DNA from: an uncultured Methanosarcinales archaeon
Lineage (GTDB): Archaea > Nanobdellota > Nanobdellia > Woesearchaeales > ARS49
NCBI GenBank assembly: GCA_964497645.1
Contig: CAZCCU010000004.1
Coordinates: 15,525 to 47,524 of the forward strand
Length of the DNA: 32,000 nucleotides
Reading direction: 5' to 3'
Part shown: positions 25,619 to 32,000 of the stretch, one piece after another
How the letters are laid out: each line of letters begins with the position of its first letter
How positions within the stretch are numbered: position 1 is the stretch's first letter
The notes under the pieces: model-generated
What the model saw: the letters and a program-made list of their open reading frames with translations, nothing else
The model's database searches: none
What the model was told of the DNA's origin: nothing
Position numbers and translations under genes: made by a program

Positions 25619-26143
25619 TAGTTTGAGTTTGCCTGGTTTTGTTTCAAATATTTCTCCTGTGGACAGGAGGTGGAGTATCATGTCTTCTCCTTTGGCGCCG
25701 ATGCGTTTGGCTGCTTCGTCATAGTCTGCTCCTTCTCCCGTGTCTAGTGTGCGTATTACTTCCAATGGGTTTGGCGTTTGATTTGGTGTTTGTTGTTTTC
25801 TGAGCTGCAGCCATCCGGCGTGTATCGTTTTTACTATTTCGCCTAATATATATGGTTGTCCGTCGTATATGCGCGGTCTGCCGATTACTATTGCAGGAGC
25901 CCCGACTTGTGCATCGTGTATGGTTTCAAAGCTTCGGACGAGCATGCTGCCTGTTCCGTCATCGATTACTAATTCGTTTGTTGATACTATGATGCCATAG
26001 ACGCGTACGCGCTGGAGGGTTCTTCCATCTGGCAGGATTATCGCGCTTGGCGAGTCTTCTTGTTGTGTATAGCGTGCGCTAATTATTTCTTTTATCCATA
26101 CTGGCACGGCTGTTGGTCTCTGCTCCACCCCGCTCTTTTTCAT
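25610..26143 (-). CDS. RPA32/Stn1-like single-stranded DNA-binding subunit (OB fold plus C-terminal winged helix)
   Basis: OB signature VRVYGIIVSTNELVIDDGTGSMLVRSF and a C-terminal wH-like LSTGEIFETKPGKLKLL. Architecture inferred by eye. Confidence 0.55.
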   Translation of the reverse strand: MKKSGVEQRPTAVPVWIKEIISARYTQQEDSPSAIILPDGRTLQRVRVYGIIVSTNELVIDDGTGSMLVRSFETIHDAQVGAPAIVIGRPRIYDGQPYILGEIVKTIHAGWLQLRKQQTPNQTPNPLEVIRTLDTGEGADYDEAAKRIGAKGEDMILHLLSTGEIFETKPGKLKLLE

Positions 26144-26182
26144 GAAGGAATGCTATATAATCTTTGTGGGAATGGAATTGAT

Positions 26183-26326
26183 ATGTCAGAAATTGCTCTC
26201 GACGCAAACTGCGTTGCTTCAGCTCGCTGCAAGGACGAGCAATTTCTGAGCATGCTCAAGAACCACGAGCAATGCAATGGCGCATCTTTATCATTCACGC
26301 CACTTGTTTTAGCAAGTGGTTCTTGA
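26183..26326 (+). CDS. Candidate leaderless 47-aa micro-ORF, or a small non-coding transcript
   Basis: The ATG at 26183 lies about 25 nt downstream of TATATAAT (26154-26161). A 7-bp hairpin CCACTTG/CAAGTGG (26300-26319) and a T-rich tail sit at the 3' end. I recognise no homology. Confidence 0.25.
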   Translation: MSEIALDANCVASARCKDEQFLSMLKNHEQCNGASLSFTPLVLASGS

Positions 26327-26370
26327 CATTTTCTACTGGGAAGGTTTAAATACAGACTAGTTCACATTTT

Positions 26371-27474
26371 ATGGAAAAGATGGTGCAGGAAAGTTTAGTT
26401 GCATATGTTCGCAGGCTGGTCGAACAGGGTTATGATTCTGGAACTATCAGGACGACTCTGTTGAACGCTGGTTATTCTCAGTATGATGTTGATGCTGCTT
26501 TGCGTTCTGCGGGTGCTCCTGCGCGGAAGATTGGCGGCAAGCCGTTGATTATCGCTTTTGTGATTATTTTGTTCGCCAGCGCTGGTGCTTTGCTGTTGTT
26601 GAAGCTTTTGCAGGCGCCTCCTATCGAGCTTCAGGTTTCAGTTAATTTGTTTAGCACTGAGCTCGCGCCTGGCCAGGAACTCGTGGTCAATATTGATATT
26701 AGGAATCCGAGCGGTAAAAAAGTTGATGGGTTGATTGATTTCGAGGTATCCGGCCCAGGTGGAAGGGTTGCTTCAAAGACTGAGAAATTCAGTGTGGTGA
26801 CGCAGGCGAGCGTTCCTGCTTCCATTCAGCTGCCTCAGGATGTTTCGCCTAGTGATTATACTGTTTCTGTTAAGGTTTCCTATAAGGGAAAGTCTGAGCA
26901 GGCGTCAAGGAGCTTTTCTGTTGTCGAGCAGGTTTCACAGCAGGCCGTTCCTGTTGAAGCGTTGACGAAAGAGGCTGAGGAAGCCGCACGCGAGATTCAG
27001 TTGACGTGTCCGGGTGGCTGTGATGATTTGAACTTTTGTACGAATGATGCATGCGTGCAGGGCGAGTGTAAAAATGAGCCGATTACTCCGTGCTGTGGCA
27101 ATAGTAAGTGCGAGGAGGGCGAGAGTAAATCATCGTGTGTGATTGATTGCAGCGAGCGTCCTGTGGATCCTGATGAGATTGAGACTAAGGCGGCAGAGCT
27201 CGCAAAGTCTGATGTTAATGGGGCTATGGCGATGTGTGATTCATTGGTCCAGCGCACGTATATAGATGGTTGTTTGAGTGAGGTCGCAGAGGCGAGTGAG
27301 AATAAGGAGCCGTGCGCTCGTGTTGTGAACAGTGATATTCGTGATGGTTGTTTCATCACTTTTGCTTACAAGAATGATTTTTCTGTGTGCAGTGAGATTA
27401 GGAATGATTTGATGAAAACTTCATGTGATACTTGGGCGCAGGTTTCTGCTACCGAGCAGCCGGCGCAGTCCTAA
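26371..27474 (+). CDS. Membrane-anchored surface protein with beta-sandwich and Cys-rich modules
   Basis: A cytoplasmic helical N-terminus, one TM helix (LIIAFVIILFASAGALLLL), a CARDB-like segment, 10 Cys in 49 aa (CPGGCDD..CCGNSKCEEGES..CVIDC) and then regularly spaced Cys repeats. TATA box at 26345-26352. Confidence 0.75.
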   Translation: MEKMVQESLVAYVRRLVEQGYDSGTIRTTLLNAGYSQYDVDAALRSAGAPARKIGGKPLIIAFVIILFASAGALLLLKLLQAPPIELQVSVNLFSTELAPGQELVVNIDIRNPSGKKVDGLIDFEVSGPGGRVASKTEKFSVVTQASVPASIQLPQDVSPSDYTVSVKVSYKGKSEQASRSFSVVEQVSQQAVPVEALTKEAEEAAREIQLTCPGGCDDLNFCTNDACVQGECKNEPITPCCGNSKCEEGESKSSCVIDCSERPVDPDEIETKAAELAKSDVNGAMAMCDSLVQRTYIDGCLSEVAEASENKEPCARVVNSDIRDGCFITFAYKNDFSVCSEIRNDLMKTSCDTWAQVSATEQPAQS

Positions 27475-29483
27475 ATTTTGCTGATGAATCCTCTTCTTGG
27501 TTCAAAAATGTCTCCTGCTCGTTTTAGTTTTTGCAATATCTCCTCAACTTCTGCCTCTGTCATATCTTTTTCTTCAGCTGCTTTGATGATGTCTTCTACA
27601 GGTATTGTTTTGCCGAGTTTGACTTCAAGTTCTCCGATGAGTTCCTTCATCACGATTATCTTGTTTCTGCTGCTTGCCGGCATGTCTGTTGCTATTCTGT
27701 CGACGTCAAAAGTGCCTGTTTTTTCGTCAAAGGCAACCAGTCTTAGGCAATAATCCATTAGTTCAACTGCTTTTCTGGCGTCTTTTTTTGTGACTTTGTC
27801 GCTTAATCTTAATCGTGCGCTTGCTTCTGAGAGTCTTACGAGTCCTTCTAGCTGTCTGGCCGAGATTGGGACTGCTTTTAATCCTTCTCCACTGCTGCTG
27901 GCCCTCATTTTTAGGTAATAATCTCTGAGTTCTTCTATGGCTGCGTCGGTCAGTTTCGGAAAAATGTTTTGTCGTGAGTAGGCGAGGTATTTTCTGAGTA
28001 GTTTTGTCTCGATGTCTGGTTTTTCTACGTTGTTCTTGTGGAGTTCGAGGATGAAGTGCGCCATTTTTTCGTCTTTTATTTGGTCTGGCACGTCTTTGAT
28101 TGGGAAGATTAAGTCAAACCTATTGATCAGTGTTGGTGCCAAATTAATCTGATTTGCTACGGTATCATAAGGGTCAAATCTTCCGAATTTTGGGTTCGCT
28201 GCTGCGAGGACCGTTGTTTCGCAGCGCAATGATGCTTGGATGTTTGCTTTGCTGATCGTGATGGTTTGTTGTTCGAGTGCTTCGTGCATTGCCCAGCCGT
28301 CTTCTTTCGTCATTTTGTCTAGTTCGTCTATGCAGCAGAGTCCTCTATTTGCTAACACTAGTGCTCCTGCTTCTAAACTCCAGCCTTGCAGGAATTCGTC
28401 TTTGACTACTGCTGCGCTGAGTCCTGCGCCGCTCGCGCCTTTTCCTGTTATGTAACGTGCCTTTGGCGCTACAAATTGCATTCTTTTCAGCATTTGTGAT
28501 TTTGCCGCGCCTGGGTCTCCTACGAGGAGTATGTGGATGTCTCCTCTTGTGATTACGCCGTCGTCTCGTTTTTTTCTGACTCCTCCTGCGAGTTGTAATG
28601 CGAGCGCTTCTTTGATTTTTTCGTGGCCGTAGATGCTGGGAGCCATGCTGCTGACTATTTTTTTCATTAGGTTGGCGTCTTTTGCGAGATCTTTTATTTG
28701 TGTTAGCTCTTCTGGTGAGATGTTTATCTCGCTGTAGTCTTCTTCTATTGGTTCGATGTGGTTTGCTTCGATGAATAAGTCGAATTTTGTGCTTTGTCCT
28801 CCTGTTCGTAAAAATATTGGGACTTCTTTGACCTGTCCCACCACTTGGACTCGCGCGCCGGGGTTGGTGCGTTTTTCCGTTAGTGGTGAGACGAGGTCGT
28901 TTTTGAGCAGTACGTTCATTCTTTTTGGCTGTTCTCCGCCTTCAAGCTGTTCAGGGACTTCTTCTAGAACCATCATTTGGGCGTCGTTCAGTTCTTTGCT
29001 TACCATTCTGAATTTGCCTTTTCTTCCGCAGCTGCACCTTGTTGGTTCTTGGAATTTGCTGTCCAATTGCAGTATGTTGAAGACGTTTCCGCAGCTCGGG
29101 CATTCGAATTTGGCCGATACTACCTGCGGTCTTACTTCGCTTTTGTTTCTTACGACGCCGTCAAAGACCAGGAATTTGTTGAGGTTTTTGCTTCTGACTT
29201 CTCGTATCAGGACTGTTGCGCTTGCCGGCAGTGTTTTGAATCTGAGTATGAATCCTTTTACTTCTTTGCCGAGGTTTAGTTGTTCTACTGCGAGTTCTCC
29301 TGCTTTGATGACTTCTTCTGGCTGGTCTAACAGCATGTCTGCTAGTTCCGGGTCGAATAGTGCAAGGTGCGCGAATGAGACTGTCGCGCTTTTTTCGCCT
29401 TTTCGTATTCGTTCTAGTAGCTGGTCGTAGTAGTTTTTCTCGAGAAATTCCTGCATTTTCGATATAAGCGTTGCCGCGTCCAT
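27471..29483 (-). CDS. mcm: MCM replicative helicase
   Basis: N-terminal Zn finger CPSCG...CSCG, Walker A GDPGAAKSQ, Walker B CCIDELDKM, arginine-finger region NRFDLIF and a C-terminal wH. Confidence 0.94.
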   Translation of the reverse strand: MDAATLISKMQEFLEKNYYDQLLERIRKGEKSATVSFAHLALFDPELADMLLDQPEEVIKAGELAVEQLNLGKEVKGFILRFKTLPASATVLIREVRSKNLNKFLVFDGVVRNKSEVRPQVVSAKFECPSCGNVFNILQLDSKFQEPTRCSCGRKGKFRMVSKELNDAQMMVLEEVPEQLEGGEQPKRMNVLLKNDLVSPLTEKRTNPGARVQVVGQVKEVPIFLRTGGQSTKFDLFIEANHIEPIEEDYSEINISPEELTQIKDLAKDANLMKKIVSSMAPSIYGHEKIKEALALQLAGGVRKKRDDGVITRGDIHILLVGDPGAAKSQMLKRMQFVAPKARYITGKGASGAGLSAAVVKDEFLQGWSLEAGALVLANRGLCCIDELDKMTKEDGWAMHEALEQQTITISKANIQASLRCETTVLAAANPKFGRFDPYDTVANQINLAPTLINRFDLIFPIKDVPDQIKDEKMAHFILELHKNNVEKPDIETKLLRKYLAYSRQNIFPKLTDAAIEELRDYYLKMRASSSGEGLKAVPISARQLEGLVRLSEASARLRLSDKVTKKDARKAVELMDYCLRLVAFDEKTGTFDVDRIATDMPASSRNKIIVMKELIGELEVKLGKTIPVEDIIKAAEEKDMTEAEVEEILQKLKRAGDIFEPRRGFISKI

Positions 29484-29547
29484 TTACCAACCCCCGTCAA
29501 GCCGAGAACAGCGTATATTAAAAAGATTTGTGGTGGTAGAGTTATAT

Positions 29548-29568
29548 ACCCCACGATTTCCTGTGGAA
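29548..29568 (-). promoter_or_regulatory. Orphan ORB-like element upstream of mcm
   Basis: The minus strand reads TTCCACAGGAAATCGTGGGGT, which is 19/21 identical to the right ORB of the origin. Its G-string abuts TATATAA (29542-29548). Confidence 0.65.
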
Positions 29569-29629
29569 TTTATCGTCGAGAAGGATGAAATAATCCGCTG
29601 GTGGATTCATTCGAGTAAACTCGTTTCCG

Positions 29630-30631
29630 CTATACACGCTCTGGAATGGGGAATGGAATCGTATCGGGTGAATTCGGGCACAGCCAGTAGAGTTTGTTAT
29701 CATCTAAAAACTTCCTTGAACTGTCCACATTTGTGCCTAACGCGCAGTCTGCGAGCGGGAAAACAACATTCAGATTGTTCAACCACTGATAATGATGTAT
29801 GAAATGATGATTATCAAGATATTGGAAAACAGGAGATGAGCGCAGCTGTTTCTGAATTTTTCTGTCGATCCAATAAAGCCCCTTTTTGAAAATACCAAAA
29901 GAAGCACGAAGGCTTTCCTCCCGCTCCACCATCTCATTTGTCACCTTGTCAAGAGTTTCTTGCGCCGACACTGGTACATTGATTACGCCTTGGGCGCGAT
30001 TATATTCAGCCTGCTGCTCAAACCGCTCAACAAGAGCAGAATCAAAAGAATAAGTTGCCTGCCTTTTGCCAACGTTCCTGTCAACATGGCTTTCAACAGC
30101 ACTGCAGATATCATCAAGAAGAGGCTTTGAAAACCGCAGCTGACCATCAGGAGCACTTTGAAGAGAGTTCCCGAGCACTTCATTTATCGTCTTCCTTCTC
30201 TTGCCAATGACGTGCATGTAATGATGCGAGATTTCGTAAGCCAAATAATAAACAAATGAGCCGCCAACAACGCCGCCAATAAATGCGCCATCATTCACTG
30301 AAAAATCATTTTTCCCGCTTAAATAAGCATAAGCCCTGTCAATTCCAATCCCGACAGCAGCAGAAATGCCGTGAATGAGACCGACGTCCCCCAGGCTAAA
30401 ATGGATAACGGCATGCTCATTCGTTATATCACGGTAATAGTGAGCGGCACCATTCTTTGTACCATACGCCTTATGATGAATACGAGCATGTCCTCTCTCT
30501 GATTTTTCATTCAAAAAATTAGTCTTTTTAGGATGAAGCAGATACCTGTGAACAGCCCATTCAACCGGAGAACTAACAGAAAGACTAAAAGCTACGCCGC
30601 CGAAAAATGCACGCACTGCTTCTTCAATCAC
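29630..30631 (-). CDS. Histidine-box membrane di-iron oxygenase-like protein (fatty acid hydroxylase/desaturase superfamily), with a long hydrophilic insertion
   Basis: His clusters HRYLLH, HARIHH, HHYMH and HHFIHH, plus hydrophobic segments. GTG start about 26 nt downstream of TATTTAAA (30654-30661). Confidence 0.6.
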   Translation of the reverse strand: MIEEAVRAFFGGVAFSLSVSSPVEWAVHRYLLHPKKTNFLNEKSERGHARIHHKAYGTKNGAAHYYRDITNEHAVIHFSLGDVGLIHGISAAVGIGIDRAYAYLSGKNDFSVNDGAFIGGVVGGSFVYYLAYEISHHYMHVIGKRRKTINEVLGNSLQSAPDGQLRFSKPLLDDICSAVESHVDRNVGKRQATYSFDSALVERFEQQAEYNRAQGVINVPVSAQETLDKVTNEMVEREESLRASFGIFKKGLYWIDRKIQKQLRSSPVFQYLDNHHFIHHYQWLNNLNVVFPLADCALGTNVDSSRKFLDDNKLYWLCPNSPDTIPFPIPERV

Positions 30632-30762
30632 ACCTGTGCATCTTGTGAATATGTTTAAATAGTTTCTGGCAGGCGCGGCTCAAGAAACGGCCGTAACCTT
30701 GGCCTTTTTCAGAAGATTTGTATAACTATTTAATCAATGAATCGAATAAATAATAAAAGAAT

Positions 30763-31329
<567 letters not shown>

Positions 31330-31449
31330 TTAAAATCCCCCCGATGTGCGCTTAGGTGTTTAAAAACAGAGTTCATTTAAATACTTTTTGATTTATATAG
31401 TAAAGGGGGTTTATCGTCGCTGTCAAATTATTATTTTCTATATGGAAAA

Positions 31450-32000
31450 TTAGTATATTTTCAATGCTTTTCTCAACGCCATGCTGAATACTATTGCAAA
31501 GATGATGTATGCCCAGAACCAATTTATTTTCCAGAAGACTTTCAATGTCTTGTTTCCTAGTTGTGCTGTTGTGAACACGTCGCTTTTGTAAGTTTCCAGT
31601 ACAGTGGCATATTTTCTTTTAGTTGTAATCACTATTTTCTTGTCTACTTCTTGTCCGTTGCTGGCAAGTGTTGCATAGTATTCTCCTTCCGTTCCTTTTA
31701 GTTTGAACACAGCCGTTTTATCCTTTATTTCCTGTGTGTGCTCGCCAATAATCTCGAGTCCTTCAGGAACTGTTATACTGGCATTTCCAGAAATTTCTTT
31801 TTCAAAGTTCGCAGTCAAAGTAAATTCTTCGCTTGGGAAAAGCGGCTCATAGGCAAAATTCGCGTTCATCCAACCAAAAATCAATATTATAGGAATGAAA
31901 GTGATCAGCGTCGGCTTCATGCTTTTGCCCATGTATTGCATGTTGACGCTCATGGCTTCTTTCTGTGCTTTCATTAATTTCTCAGGCTCGCTTTTGAGTT
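31450..32000 (-). CDS. DUF106/EMC3-like (YidC/Oxa1-superfamily) membrane insertase homolog, N-terminus beyond the window edge
   Basis: The frame is open to the window end. KSMKPTLITFIPIILIFGWM and a C-terminal WFWAYIIFAIVFSMALRKALKIY fit the DUF106 pattern, with about 100 aa of beta-rich sequence between the TM helices. Confidence 0.6.
   Translation of the reverse strand, partial: LKSEPEKLMKAQKEAMSVNMQYMGKSMKPTLITFIPIILIFGWMNANFAYEPLFPSEEFTLTANFEKEISGNASITVPEGLEIIGEHTQEIKDKTAVFKLKGTEGEYYATLASNGQEVDKKIVITTKRKYATVLETYKSDVFTTAQLGNKTLKVFWKINWFWAYIIFAIVFSMALRKALKIY

Noticed and set aside
27471-27474. Convergent genes sharing the tetranucleotide CTAA (TAA on the plus strand, TAG on the minus strand). 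Similar 9-33 nt convergent 3' overlaps occur at pan/trm5, tfe/15831 and the SpoIIM-like/RPA-like pair.
   Set aside because: This is a normal consequence of genome compaction. Nothing suggests a function beyond tight packing.
29530-29802. A 90-aa plus-strand ORF starting in the mcm upstream region.
   Set aside because: It uses a non-ATG start, overlaps the 3' end of the hydroxylase-like gene by about 170 nt, and has no recognisable motifs. Its 5' part is better explained as the ORB and TATA regulatory region.

Overview
The window reads as a gene-dense archaeal chromosome segment. Its markers are TBP, TFE, an archaeal histone, Orc1/Cdc6, both PolD subunits, MCM, RFC, FEN1, Hjc, aIF2-beta, EndA and PAN. 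It most likely comes from a small-genome uncultivated lineage; that is inference from gene content, and no taxon can be assigned from sequence alone. Coding density is about 90%, many neighbouring genes overlap start and stop codons (ATGA or TAATG), and many genes have a TATA box 22-29 nt upstream of the start codon, which suggests leaderless mRNAs. By eye I found no rRNA, tRNA, CRISPR array, transposase, integrase or known defence genes. Most of the window is core information-processing genes, so I do not claim a clear new system. Four things deserve a second look. (1) At 2-3783 there are four or more tandem paralogous Cys-rich predicted lipoproteins with no family I recognise. (2) At 17353-17771 there is a textbook-like replication origin, with inverted ORB elements flanking an AT-rich unwinding region next to a cdc6-polD operon. 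(3) At 29548-29568 a near-identical orphan ORB copy sits against a TATA box upstream of mcm, 12 kb from the origin. (4) At 10655-11563 an uncharacterised winged-helix plus Mrr-like-domain gene heads an operon with fen1 and trm5. Smaller oddities are a frame-disrupted NUDIX gene, paired perfect palindromes between endA and rnz, a possible leaderless micro-ORF, a histidine-box membrane oxygenase-like gene and a low-GC two-gene patch.
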